NCBI GenBank assembly: GCA_964512905.1
Contig: CAZEKK010000004.1
Location: forward strand, 1-29,162
DNA length: 29,162 nt
Direction: 5' to 3'
Source of the DNA: an uncultured Solirubrobacteraceae bacterium
GTDB lineage: Bacteria; Actinomycetota; Thermoleophilia; Solirubrobacterales; Solirubrobacteraceae
Shown: positions 1 through 8,474 of the stretch, one piece after another
How positions within the stretch are numbered: position 1 is the stretch's first letter
How the letters are laid out: each line of letters starts with the position of its first letter
Position numbers and translations under genes: made by a program
The notes under the pieces: generated by a model
Databases searched by the model: none
What the model saw: the letters and a program-made list of their open reading frames with translations, nothing else
Told to the model about the DNA's origin: nothing

Positions 1-540
1 GGCGTTGACGTTGTAGGAGTTGCCCTCGCGGTCGGCACCGACCGACGCGATCACCGGGATGTAGTCGCTGGCGATGTGCTGCAGCACGTCGACGTCGACC
101 CGTTCGATCCGGCCGACGAAGCCGATGTCGCGTCCGTCGGCGGCGGACTGGCGCGCGACCCGGAAGAGCAGGCCGTCGTCGCCGCACAGCCCGACCGCCG
201 GCTGCCCGTGGCGGTTGATCCGCAGCACGATGTCCTTGTTCACCTTGCCCACGAGCACCATCTTCGCCACTTCGACGGTTGCGGCGTCGCTGACCCGCAG
301 GCCGTCGACGAACTCCACCGGCAGGTTCAGCCGCTCCATGTACTGCGTGATCTCCGGCCCGCCGCCGTGGATGATCACCGGGTTCAGCCCGACGTACTTC
401 AGGAGCACCACGTCGCGTGCAAACTGGTCGCGCAGCGCCTCGTCGTTCATCGCCGCCCCGCCGTACTTGATCACCACGGTCTTGCCGTGGAACTCGCGGA
501 TGTACGGAAGCGCCTCCAGGAGAGTGCCGACGTCGCGCAT
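1..540 (-). CDS. argB: Acetylglutamate kinase (partial; runs off the window start)
   Basis: My translation from ATG 540-538 gives MRDVGTLLEALPYIREFHGKTVVIKYGGAAM...VVLVHGGGP...YIPVIASVGADREGNSYNVNA, with the NAGK motifs KYGG and HGGG. It lies directly after argJ. GGAG SD about 9 nt upstream. Confidence 0.96.
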   Translation of the reverse strand, partial: MRDVGTLLEALPYIREFHGKTVVIKYGGAAMNDEALRDQFARDVVLLKYVGLNPVIIHGGGPEITQYMERLNLPVEFVDGLRVSDAATVEVAKMVLVGKVNKDIVLRINRHGQPAVGLCGDDGLLFRVARQSAADGRDIGFVGRIERVDVDVLQHIASDYIPVIASVGADREGNSYNVNA

Positions 541-557
541 CAGTCCGAGCTCCGCAT
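540..557 (-). other. Putative 5-aa bridging mini-ORF (MRSSD*) between argJ and argB
   Basis: ATG 557-555 overlaps the argJ TGA, and its TGA 542-540 overlaps the argB ATG (TGATG at both ends). Translation not demonstrated. Confidence 0.35.
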
Positions 558-1804
558 CAGGTCGTGTACTCCGCGTTGATGGTCACGTACTCGTGCGAGA
601 GGTCGGAGAAGAAGACCTCGGTCTCGTGGCCGGCGCCGGGCAGGCCGACCTCGTAGAGGACCTCGTCGCCGGCCACCGCGGCGGCGAGGTCGGCCTCGGC
701 CGCGCCGACCGGCGAGCCGTCCGCCACCACCGCGATGCCCTCGATCGCGATGTCGAAGGCCAGCGGCGCGGTGCCGGGCATCGCCATCCCCACCGCCTGC
801 GCGATCCGGCCCCAGTTCGGGTCGCCGCCGTGCAGCGCCGCCTTGACCAGCGGCGAGTTGGCCACTGCCCGGGCGACCGGCTCGACCCGGTCGGTGCCGC
901 CGCGCACGACGACACGCCCGACGCGCCGCGACCCCTCGCCGTCCCTGACGATCAGCAGGGCAAGCTGGCGCAGCAGCGCATCCAGCGCCTCGCCGAAGGC
1001 CAGTTCGTCGTCTGACTCCGGCTCCACGCGGACCCCGCTCGCGCCGCTGGCGAGCAGGACCGCGGTGTCGTTGGTCGAGAGCTGGCCGTCGACGCTGATC
1101 CGGTCGAAGCTGCGCCGCACGCATACGCCGAAGAGCAGGTCGGCCGTCTCCGGGGCCAGGGCCGCGTCGGTCTGCACGAAGCAGAGCATCGTGGCGAAGG
1201 CGGGCTGGATCATCCCGGCCCCCTTCGCCTGGGCCGCGAGCGTCACGCGCCCCGAGGGGAGGTCGACCGCGAGCGTGGCCCGCTTCTCGAAGGCGTCGGT
1301 CGTCATGATCGCCGCCGCAAAGGCGTCGGCCGCGGCGCCCCCGGCGGCGAGGTCGGCGCCGGCCGCGTCGATCCCCCGCTCGACCGCCTCGATCGGCAGC
1401 GGGACGCCGATGACGCCCGTCGAGGCCACCGCGACCTGCCCCGGCGCGAGGCCGAGGACGGCCGCGGCCCGCTCCTGCATCGCCGCGGCCGTGTCGTAGC
1501 CCTGCGTGCCGACCGAGGCGTTGGCGTTGCCGCTGTTGACCACGACGCCCCGCAACGCGCCGAGGTCGCAGCGCTCGCGGCAGACGAGCACCGGCCCGGC
1601 CTGGACGCCCGAGCGGGTGAAGCGCGCCGCGCTCACGGTCGCCTCGCCGTCGCTGACGAGCAGGCCGAGATCGGTCTTGCCGCTCGCCTTCAGGCCGGCG
1701 GCGATGCCGGCCGCCCGGAAGCCCGCCGGCAGCCCGGCGTCGACGGCGCGCACGTGGGCCGGCGCAGCCACCCAGCGCGAGGAGAAGAACCCGTCCTGGC
1801 TCAC
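557..1804 (-). CDS. argJ: Bifunctional glutamate N-acetyltransferase/ornithine acetyltransferase
   Basis: Motifs GFRAAGIAAGLK, VVVNSGNANA, STGVIG, IMTTD, KGAGMIQP-FATML, STNDT, DGEG and NWGRI, ending in INAEYTT. GTG start overlaps the argC stop (GTGA). Confidence 0.97.
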   Translation of the reverse strand: MSQDGFFSSRWVAAPAHVRAVDAGLPAGFRAAGIAAGLKASGKTDLGLLVSDGEATVSAARFTRSGVQAGPVLVCRERCDLGALRGVVVNSGNANASVGTQGYDTAAAMQERAAAVLGLAPGQVAVASTGVIGVPLPIEAVERGIDAAGADLAAGGAAADAFAAAIMTTDAFEKRATLAVDLPSGRVTLAAQAKGAGMIQPAFATMLCFVQTDAALAPETADLLFGVCVRRSFDRISVDGQLSTNDTAVLLASGASGVRVEPESDDELAFGEALDALLRQLALLIVRDGEGSRRVGRVVVRGGTDRVEPVARAVANSPLVKAALHGGDPNWGRIAQAVGMAMPGTAPLAFDIAIEGIAVVADGSPVGAAEADLAAAVAGDEVLYEVGLPGAGHETEVFFSDLSHEYVTINAEYTT

Positions 1805-2790
1805 GCGATCCCCTCCGCCTCCGGCCGGCCGAACATGAGGTTGAGGTTCTGGACCGCCTGCGAGGAGGTGCCCTTCCAGAGGTTGTCGATGGCCGCGAAG
1901 ACGACGAGCTTGCCGCTGCGCGGGTCGCGGTGGGCGCTGATGCGGCAGTAGTTCGTCTCGCGCACATCGCGGACACCGGGCGCCGTGCCCACCACCTCGA
2001 CGAAGGGCTCGTCCGCGTAGGCGGCCTCGTACAGCTCACGGACCTCGCCGACCTCGGCCGCCGGCGTGACGTAGCAGGAGACGAGCTCGCCCTGGTCCAG
2101 CGGGACCATGTGCGGCACGAAGGTCACGGGCCGCTCGGCGCCGAGCGCCTGCAGCTCCTGGTCGATCTCGGGCGTGTGGCGGTGCACGCCGACCTTGTAG
2201 GCGTTGACGTTCTCGTCGACCGTCGAGAAGTGCGTCGTCTCGGTGGCAGCGCGGCCGGCGCCGGAGACGCCGGTCTTGGCGTCGATGACCGCGTCGCCGA
2301 GCAGGCCGGCCCGGGCCAGCGGCGCCAGGGCGAGGATCGCCGCCGTCGGGAAGCAGCCCGGATTGGCCACGAGGTCGGCCGCGGCGATCGCCTCGCGGCG
2401 CAGCTCGGTGAGGCCGTAGACGGCGTCCTGCAGCAGCTCGGGCTCCGGGTGCTCGCCGTAGTAGTCGCCGTAGACGCCGAGGTCGCGCAGCCGGAAGTCC
2501 GCCGACAGGTCGACGACCCGGACGCCCCGGTCGCGCAGGGCGGCCACCACCGGCGCCGAGGCGGCGTGCGGGTAGGCCACGATCGCCGCGTCGACCCCGC
2601 CGTGGGCGTCGAGGTCGGGCGCCTCCAGCACCAGCGGAACGCGGTGGCGGGGATAGACCTCGTCGAGGCGCCGCCCGGCGTCGGTGCGGCTCGTGACCGC
2701 CACGAGGTCGAACGCGGGGTGACGCCACAGCAGCGCCGCGGCGAGCGCCCCCGCGAAGCCGCTGGCGCCGAAGACGGCGACGCTAGGCAC
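1801..2790 (-). CDS. argC: N-acetyl-gamma-glutamyl-phosphate reductase
   Basis: Rossmann start VAVFGASGFAG, plus VDLSADFRL, ANPGCFPT (catalytic Cys), SGAGR and IDNLWKG...QAVQNLN. GTG at 2790-2788 follows GGAGG and overlaps the pheT end by 8 nt. The longer ORF-track extension is spurious. Confidence 0.96.
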   Translation of the reverse strand: MPSVAVFGASGFAGALAAALLWRHPAFDLVAVTSRTDAGRRLDEVYPRHRVPLVLEAPDLDAHGGVDAAIVAYPHAASAPVVAALRDRGVRVVDLSADFRLRDLGVYGDYYGEHPEPELLQDAVYGLTELRREAIAAADLVANPGCFPTAAILALAPLARAGLLGDAVIDAKTGVSGAGRAATETTHFSTVDENVNAYKVGVHRHTPEIDQELQALGAERPVTFVPHMVPLDQGELVSCYVTPAAEVGEVRELYEAAYADEPFVEVVGTAPGVRDVRETNYCRISAHRDPRSGKLVVFAAIDNLWKGTSSQAVQNLNLMFGRPEAEGIA

Positions 2791-5206
2791 GCAGCTCGCC
2801 TCCCAGCTCGCGGGCCAGGGCGGCCTCGATGGCGGCACGGCGGTCGGCAACCTCGGCGTCGGTGAGCGTCCGGTCGGCGGCCCGGAACGCCAGCCGCAGG
2901 GCCAGCGACACCTGCCCTGCGCCGACCTGCTCGCCGCGGTAGACGTCGAAGACGTCGGCGCGGACGAGGTCGTCGCCCGCCGCCGCGCGCACGACGGCGG
3001 CAACCCGCTCTGCCGGGACGTCGTCGGCGACGACGACGGCGAGGTCGATCCGGGCCTCGGGGAAGCTCGTGAGGTCGCGGTAGCCGGCCCGTCCGGCGCC
3101 GGCCGCGGCCTCGAGCGCCCGGAGATCCACCTCGAAGCCCGCCGCCGCCTCGATCTCCCAGGTGCGCGCGACGAGCGGGTGAACCTCCCCGAGCCAGCCG
3201 ACCGGCTCGTCCCCGACCACCACCGCCGCGCTGCGACCGGGGTGCAGGAACGGCTCGGTGGCGGCCGCGACGCGCCACGGGACCGCCAGCGCGTCCATGA
3301 CGGCGGCCAGGACGCCCTTGGCGGCGAAGAGGTCCGCGGGCGGCGGCGCCGGGTCGCGCCACGTCGGCGGCGCGGCCGGGCCGCAGAGCAGGGCCCCGAG
3401 GTGCCAGCGCTCGTCGGGCAGCACGCCCGACGCGATGCCCGCCGCCGGCGCCAGGTAGACGCCCCCGGCCTCCCAGATCCGCACGCCATCGGCTCCGCGT
3501 GCGAGGTTGCGCGCCGCGATGTCGAGCAGCGAGCCGAGGAGCGTGGTCCGCAGCGTGGACTGGTCCTCGGCCATCGGATTGGTGAGCGGCACGACGCGGC
3601 GCCGCGGGTCGTCGGCCTCCAGCCGCAGGCGGTCGGGGAGGTCGGGCGCCGCGAAGCTCCAGCCGGCGGCCTCGAGCAGCCCGGCCCCGACGAGGGCGTC
3701 CTGGGCGCGCCGGACGGCGCGCTGGCCCGCCGAGAGGGCGCCCGCGCCCTCGGCGCGGTGCGGCAGCGTGGCGGGGATCGCCCCGAGGGTGCCGACGCGC
3801 GCGACCTCCTCGATGAGGTCCGCCTCGCGATCGACGTCGGCGCGGCGGTAGTGCGGCACGATGACGTCCAGGCCGTCGTCCGCGTCCGAGGCGTCGAAAC
3901 CGAGGGCGGTGAGCGCGGCGCGGGCCTGCTCGCGCGGGATCTCGAGCCCGAGCACGGCGGCGGTCCGGGCGTCGCGCAGCCGGATCGGCGCGGACGCGGG
4001 CCCGGGGCCGCCCACGTCGACCGTGCCGTCGGCCAGGCGGGCGCCGCAGAGGTCGATCATCAGGCGCGCCGCGACCGCCTGGGCCTCCATCGTCTGCTGC
4101 ACCGACAGCCCCTTGTCGAAGCGGGCGGACGCCTCGCTGCGCAGCGCGAGCTTCCACGACGTTCGCTGGATGTTCGGGCCGTTCCAGGCGGCGGCCTCCA
4201 TGAGGACCCGCGTCGTGCCCGGCTCGACCTCCGAGCGCGCGCCGCCCATGACGCCGGCGATCGAGGTCGGGCCGTCGTCGTCGCAGATCACGAGCATCTC
4301 CGCGTCCATCGCGCGCACCGATCCGTCGAGCGTCTCGACCTCCTCGCCGTCGCGGGCCCGGCGCACCACGAGGCGGCCGCCCGCCACCCGGTCCAGGTCG
4401 AAGGCGTGCAGCGGCTGGCCGGTGAGGAGCATCACGTAGTTCGTGATGTCGACGACGTTCGAGATCGGGCGCTGGCCGGCGGCCATCAGGCGCGCCGCCA
4501 GCCAGGCCGGCGAGGGGCCGATGGTCACGTCCTCGAAGACCCGCGCCGTGAACCGCGGGCAGAGGTCGGGATCCTGCACCGCGATGGCGATGCCGTCGAC
4601 CGGGCCGGGGGTGCCGGGATCGTCGGCCCACGGCGCCGGCCCCAACGGCGCCCCGGTGATCGCGTGGACCTCGCGCGCCAGGCCGTAGACGCTCAGGCAG
4701 TCCGGACGGTTCGGCGTGATCTCCAGTTCGATGACGTCGGTGGCGATCGGCAGGACCCCCGCGAGCGGGGTGCCGGGCTCCGGGCCGTCCGGGAGGACCA
4801 TGATCCCGCCGTGGTCGGTCCCGATGCCGAGTTCGTCTTCGGCGAGCACCATGCCGTGGGACTCGACGCCGCGCAGACGGGCTGTGCGCAGGGCGGTCCC
4901 ATCGGGCATGACCGCGCCGGGCAGCGCCACCGCCACGGTCTGCCCGGCGGCGACGTTGGGCGCGCCGCAGACGATCTGGTTCTCCACGCCCGGCCCGACC
5001 GCGACCCGGCAGACGCGCAGGCGGTCGGCGTCGGGATGGGGGTCGGCGGCGAGCACGCGCCCGACGACGAACCGCTCGGGAGCGCCGACCCCGTGGCGGG
5101 TGACGCGGCCGACCTCGGTGCCGGTGAGGTCGAAGCGCTCGGCGAGCGCCGCGGCGCTCAGGCCGGGGTCGACGTGGTCGTGGAGCCACAGCAGCGGCAG
5201 CCTCAT
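2783..5206 (-). CDS. pheT: Phenylalanine--tRNA ligase beta subunit
   Basis: 807 aa with HPDADRL, IVCGAPN, ITPNRPDCLS, RPISNVVDITNY, GQPLHAFD, RSEASARF, DLIEEVAR, NPM, GEVHP and a C-terminal FDX-ACB domain (FDVYRG...SLALRL). Confidence 0.98.
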   Translation of the reverse strand: MRLPLLWLHDHVDPGLSAAALAERFDLTGTEVGRVTRHGVGAPERFVVGRVLAADPHPDADRLRVCRVAVGPGVENQIVCGAPNVAAGQTVAVALPGAVMPDGTALRTARLRGVESHGMVLAEDELGIGTDHGGIMVLPDGPEPGTPLAGVLPIATDVIELEITPNRPDCLSVYGLAREVHAITGAPLGPAPWADDPGTPGPVDGIAIAVQDPDLCPRFTARVFEDVTIGPSPAWLAARLMAAGQRPISNVVDITNYVMLLTGQPLHAFDLDRVAGGRLVVRRARDGEEVETLDGSVRAMDAEMLVICDDDGPTSIAGVMGGARSEVEPGTTRVLMEAAAWNGPNIQRTSWKLALRSEASARFDKGLSVQQTMEAQAVAARLMIDLCGARLADGTVDVGGPGPASAPIRLRDARTAAVLGLEIPREQARAALTALGFDASDADDGLDVIVPHYRRADVDREADLIEEVARVGTLGAIPATLPHRAEGAGALSAGQRAVRRAQDALVGAGLLEAAGWSFAAPDLPDRLRLEADDPRRRVVPLTNPMAEDQSTLRTTLLGSLLDIAARNLARGADGVRIWEAGGVYLAPAAGIASGVLPDERWHLGALLCGPAAPPTWRDPAPPPADLFAAKGVLAAVMDALAVPWRVAAATEPFLHPGRSAAVVVGDEPVGWLGEVHPLVARTWEIEAAAGFEVDLRALEAAAGAGRAGYRDLTSFPEARIDLAVVVADDVPAERVAAVVRAAAGDDLVRADVFDVYRGEQVGAGQVSLALRLAFRAADRTLTDAEVADRRAAIEAALARELGGELRA

Positions 5207-5244
5207 GCGGCCGGCTCCAGCGTGCGTCCGATGGCGGCGCTCAT
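5203..5244 (-). other. Putative 13-aa bridging mini-ORF (MSAAIGRTLEPAA*) between pheS and pheT
   Basis: ATG 5244-5242 overlaps the pheS TGA (ATGA), and its TGA 5205-5203 overlaps the pheT ATG (ATGA). Translation not demonstrated. Confidence 0.4.
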
Positions 5245-6314
5245 CCGAACTGCTCCAGGAAGCGCACGTCGTTGTCGTAGAAGAGGCGCAGGTCGGGCAC
5301 CCCGTGCTTGAGCATCGCGATGCGCTCGATCCCCATGCCGAAGGCGAAGCCCTGGATGCGCTCCGGGTCGTAGCCCCGCTCGGCGACGAAGCCGAAGACG
5401 TTGGGGTCCACCATGCCCGCGCCGAGGATCTCGATCCAGCCCGAGCCCTTGCACAGCCCGCAGCGGCCGCCGTCGGCCAGGACGCCGCCGTCGCAGTTGA
5501 AGCAGGAGACGTCGACCTCCACGCTCGGCTCGGTGAACGGGAAGAAGTGCGGCCGCAGCCGGACCTCGCGGTCCGGGCCGAACACGGCGCGGGCGAAGGC
5601 GAGCAGCGTCCCCTTGAGGTCGGCCAGCGTGATGCCCTCGGCCACCGCGAGCCCCTCGAGCTGGTGGAACTGCGGGGTGTGGGTGGCGTCGGAGTCGCGG
5701 CGGTAGACCCGGCCCGGCACGACGATGAAGATCGGCGGCGCCTGGCGCTCCATCGCCCGGATCTGCATCGGCGAGGTGTGCGTCCGCAGCACGAGCGACC
5801 CCGGGTCCAGCACCTCGTCGGCGCCGGCGACGTAGAACGTGTCGGTCCACAGGCGGGCGGGGTGCTGCGGATCGTGGTTCAGCGCGTCGAAGTTGTAGTG
5901 GACGAGCTCGACCTCGGGGCCCTCGGCGACCTCGTAGCCCAGGCCGACGAAGACGTCCTCGAGTTCGCGCCGTGTCGCCGTGATGAGATGCAGCCGGCCG
6001 ACCGGCCGCGGCGGCGCCCCCGGGAGCGTGACGTCGACGCGGTCCTCGGCCAGCCGGGCGTCCAGCTCGGCGGCGTCGAGGGCGGCGGCGCGCGCCTCGA
6101 TGCGCGCCTCGAGCGCGGCGCGCGCCTGGTTGGCGGCCTTGCCGACCGGGCCGCGCTGCTCGGGCGGGAGGTCGCGCACGCCCCGCAGCAGGTTCGGCAG
6201 CTGCGCCTTGCGGCCGAGGAAGCGGACGCGGGCGGCCTCGAGCGCGCCCGTCGAGTCCGCCGCGGCGATGGCGGCCTCGGCCTCGGCGCGCAGCGCGTCG
6301 ATCCGCTCGATCAT
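5241..6314 (-). CDS. pheS: Phenylalanine--tRNA ligase alpha subunit
   Basis: Motifs HPAR, LRTHTSPMQIR, GRVYRRDSDATHTPQFHQLEG, FFPFTEPS, WIEILGAGMV and GFAFGMGIERIAMLK. Confidence 0.98.
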   Translation of the reverse strand: MIERIDALRAEAEAAIAAADSTGALEAARVRFLGRKAQLPNLLRGVRDLPPEQRGPVGKAANQARAALEARIEARAAALDAAELDARLAEDRVDVTLPGAPPRPVGRLHLITATRRELEDVFVGLGYEVAEGPEVELVHYNFDALNHDPQHPARLWTDTFYVAGADEVLDPGSLVLRTHTSPMQIRAMERQAPPIFIVVPGRVYRRDSDATHTPQFHQLEGLAVAEGITLADLKGTLLAFARAVFGPDREVRLRPHFFPFTEPSVEVDVSCFNCDGGVLADGGRCGLCKGSGWIEILGAGMVDPNVFGFVAERGYDPERIQGFAFGMGIERIAMLKHGVPDLRLFYDNDVRFLEQFG

Positions 6315-6320
6315 GGCGCG

Positions 6321-6326
6321 ATCCTA
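6321..6326 (-). promoter_or_regulatory. -10 element TAGGAT, 6 nt before the pheS ATG (leaderless geometry)
   Basis: TANNNT followed by 6 nt and then ATG; no SD. Confidence 0.6.
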
Positions 6327-6339
6327 GAGACGGACGGGC

Positions 6340-7044
6340 TCACGGCGCGGCCTCCCGCGTCAGCTCGTACAGGGCGACGGTCGCCGCCATCGCCGCGTTG
6401 AGCGAGTCGCTGGCGATCGGGATGTGCGCGGTCCGGTCGCAGCCCGCGACCACGTCGGCAGGCAGGCCCTCCCGCTCGGCCCCGACGACGAGGGTCACCG
6501 CCCCGTCCGCGGGGCCGCGCAGCCGCTCCCCCGCCCCGGCGACGAGCGCGATCCGCTCGCCCGGGCAGTCGGCGGGCGCGCCGCGCGCCACCGGCACGGC
6601 GAAGACCGCCCCCATGCTCGCCCGGACGGCCTTGGGCCCGAAGGGGTCGGCGCACCCGGGCCCGAGCACCACCGATCCGGCCCCGAAGGCCAGGGCGCTG
6701 CGCAGGACCGCCCCGACGTTGCCGGGGTCGCGGACGCCGTGCAGGCAGACGCACAGCGGGCCCGCTGGCGCGGCCCAGCGCTGCGCGTAGACCGCGAGCG
6801 TGCGCGTTCCCGAGCCCAGGCCGGAGGCGCTGGCCAGCGCCGCGGGCTCGACCTCGGTGCCGGCCAGCCCCGAGCCGGCAGCCGCGAAGCGCTGCACCGG
6901 GACCCAGCCCGCCGCGTCAGCGGCGGCGAGCAGGTCCTCCCCCTCGGCGACGAACCGGCCGGCCCGCTCGCGGTCGCGCCGCCGAGCGAGCTTGCGGATC
7001 GCGGTGAGCTTCTCGTTGTGGGGGGAGGTGATCTGGGGGGTCAT
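6340..7044 (-). CDS. TrmH/SpoU-family RNA 2'-O-methyltransferase
   Basis: SPOUT motifs RDPGNVGAVLRSA, VVGAEREGL and SLNAAMA, with an N-terminal substrate-binding domain (FVAEGEDLL). Usual actinobacterial position between rplT and pheS. Confidence 0.92.
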   Translation of the reverse strand: MTPQITSPHNEKLTAIRKLARRRDRERAGRFVAEGEDLLAAADAAGWVPVQRFAAAGSGLAGTEVEPAALASASGLGSGTRTLAVYAQRWAAPAGPLCVCLHGVRDPGNVGAVLRSALAFGAGSVVLGPGCADPFGPKAVRASMGAVFAVPVARGAPADCPGERIALVAGAGERLRGPADGAVTLVVGAEREGLPADVVAGCDRTAHIPIASDSLNAAMAATVALYELTREAAP

Positions 7045-7055
7045 GTCGGGTGGGC

Positions 7056-7091
7056 AGACACAAAGGGCGCCGTCCGGATGGAGGGCGCCCT
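7056..7091 (-). terminator. Intrinsic terminator after rplT
   Basis: Stem AGGGCGCC-C-TCC / GGA-C-GGCGCCCT with a 4-nt loop, followed by TTGTGTCT on the minus strand. Confidence 0.6.
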
Positions 7092-7123
7092 GGAAGGTGC
7101 GGGGTGGTCGGTGGCCTGGACGG

Positions 7124-7483
7124 TCAGGCGGCCGACGCCTCGCGGGCGCGCTGCGCCAGACGTCGGAAGGCGTCGGCGTCGTGGACGGCGATGTCGGCGA
7201 GGACCTTGCGGTCGAGGTCGATCTCGGCCAGCTTGAGCCCGTGCATGAACGTCGCGTAGGTCATGCCCTCACGGCGGGCGGCGGCGTTGATGCGCGTGAT
7301 CCACAGGCGCCGGAAGTCGCGCTTACGGTTGCGGCGGTCGCGGTAGGCGTAGGAGTCGGCCTTGAGCAGCGCCTCCTTGGCCTGCCGGTAGGACGAGTGC
7401 GCCCGGCCGCGGTAGCCCTTGGTCCGCTCGAGCGTCGCCTTGCGCTTCTTGCGCGCGTGAATCGACCGCTTCACGCGGGTCAC
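7124..7483 (-). CDS. rplT: 50S ribosomal protein L20
   Basis: [15 protein letters not shown]...KGYRG...[28 protein letters not shown] overlaps the rpmI stop (GTGA). Confidence 0.98.
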   Translation of the reverse strand: MTRVKRSIHARKKRKATLERTKGYRGRAHSSYRQAKEALLKADSYAYRDRRNRKRDFRRLWITRINAAARREGMTYATFMHGLKLAEIDLDRKVLADIAVHDADAFRRLAQRAREASAA

Positions 7484-7680
7484 GGCTTGCCCCCGAGCAT
7501 CTTCTTGATCCGCGGCGCGTCGTGCGGCGAGATCACGGCCGGCTTCGCGTGGCGGCGCTTGCGCTTGGGCGACTTCTTCTCGAGGATGTGGCTCGTGAAG
7601 GAGTGACGGCCCCGGATCTTGCCGGTCCCGGTGGCCTTGAAGCGCTTCTTGGCGCCGCTGTGCGACTTCATCTTCGGCAT
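7480..7680 (-). CDS. rpmI: 50S ribosomal protein L35
   Basis: [22 protein letters not shown]...[13 protein letters not shown]. Confidence 0.98.
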   Translation of the reverse strand: MPKMKSHSGAKKRFKATGTGKIRGRHSFTSHILEKKSPKRKRRHAKPAVISPHDAPRIKKMLGGKP

Positions 7681-7692
7681 GGCGAGTCAGGC

Positions 7693-7698
7693 AGGGTA
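7693..7698 (-). promoter_or_regulatory. -10 element TACCCT for rpmI-rplT
   Basis: GC-TACCCT lies 12 nt before the rpmI ATG, downstream of the GNAT gene. Confidence 0.5.
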
Positions 7699-7751
7699 GC
7701 GAACGCGGCCGCGCGGGCGCACTGGCGGGCCGGCACGCCAGCACGCCGGCG

Positions 7752-8357
7752 TCAGCGGGCCGTGCGCCACATCGTGTCGACGGTCGGGCCGCCGGGGGGC
7801 GTGAACGCCCCGATCCGCTCGAAGCCGAGGGCCTCGTACCGCGGCACGTTGCCGGGGTTCGTCGACTCCAGGTAGCACGGCAGGCGCTCGGCGTCGATGC
7901 GAGCGAGGTTCTCGCGCAGGAGCGCGCCGCCGAGGCCACGGCCGGCGTGATCGCGGTGGGTGCCCCACCACTCCAGGTGCCAGTACTCCCCCGCCGGCAG
8001 ATTGGCGTCGAACTGCTCGAACAGCGCCTCGAGGGCCGCCGCCCGCGGGCCGAAGATCTCGCCCAGGGCGGCGGCGAAGCGTTCGGGCGGCACGCCGGCG
8101 CCGTAGGTCTGGCCCGGCGGCGTCCAGACGGTGACGGCCTCGCCGCCGGCGGTCATGTCGGTCCAGAGGTCGCCCTGGTCGAGTTCGGCCATGAGGCGCA
8201 TGAACGGCGCGATGTCCCGGGCGCGGGCCGTGGCGTCCGGAAACGCCCAGCGGCCCCAGAGCGGATCGTCGAAGAACGCGCTCGCGAGGCAGCCGGCGAC
8301 GGCCGGCAGGTCGGCGGCGGTGGCGGCGCGTCCGACTGCAGGCTGGTGACCGGGCAT
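7752..8357 (-). CDS. GNAT-family N-acetyltransferase (puromycin N-acetyltransferase-like)
   Basis: Acetyl-CoA motif [11 protein letters not shown], plus AFFDDPLW and C-terminal [19 protein letters not shown]. Start taken as ATG 8357 (MPGHQ...). Confidence 0.88.
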   Translation of the reverse strand: MPGHQPAVGRAATAADLPAVAGCLASAFFDDPLWGRWAFPDATARARDIAPFMRLMAELDQGDLWTDMTAGGEAVTVWTPPGQTYGAGVPPERFAAALGEIFGPRAAALEALFEQFDANLPAGEYWHLEWWGTHRDHAGRGLGGALLRENLARIDAERLPCYLESTNPGNVPRYEALGFERIGAFTPPGGPTVDTMWRTAR

Positions 8358-8474
8358 GTCCGTGGCCGACCGCCTACAACCTGATCCAGCTTTGGTGCGC
8401 ATGGCGCACGTGATCTGGATGAGGATTCAACCGGGCCCCTCCGGGCACCGCGACCGGCGGTCGCCGGAGCGACG

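Noticed and set aside
2791-3489. Extension of argC to 562 aa
   Set aside because: It is an alternative frame of pheT. The Rossmann motif begins at GTG 2790 with an SD.
3179-5311. 710-aa plus-strand ORF antisense to pheT (likewise 9862-11886 opposite thrS)
   Set aside because: Shadow ORFs are expected in very GC-rich DNA, where antisense stop codons are rare. There are no recognisable motifs or promoter, and the sense genes explain the codon pattern.
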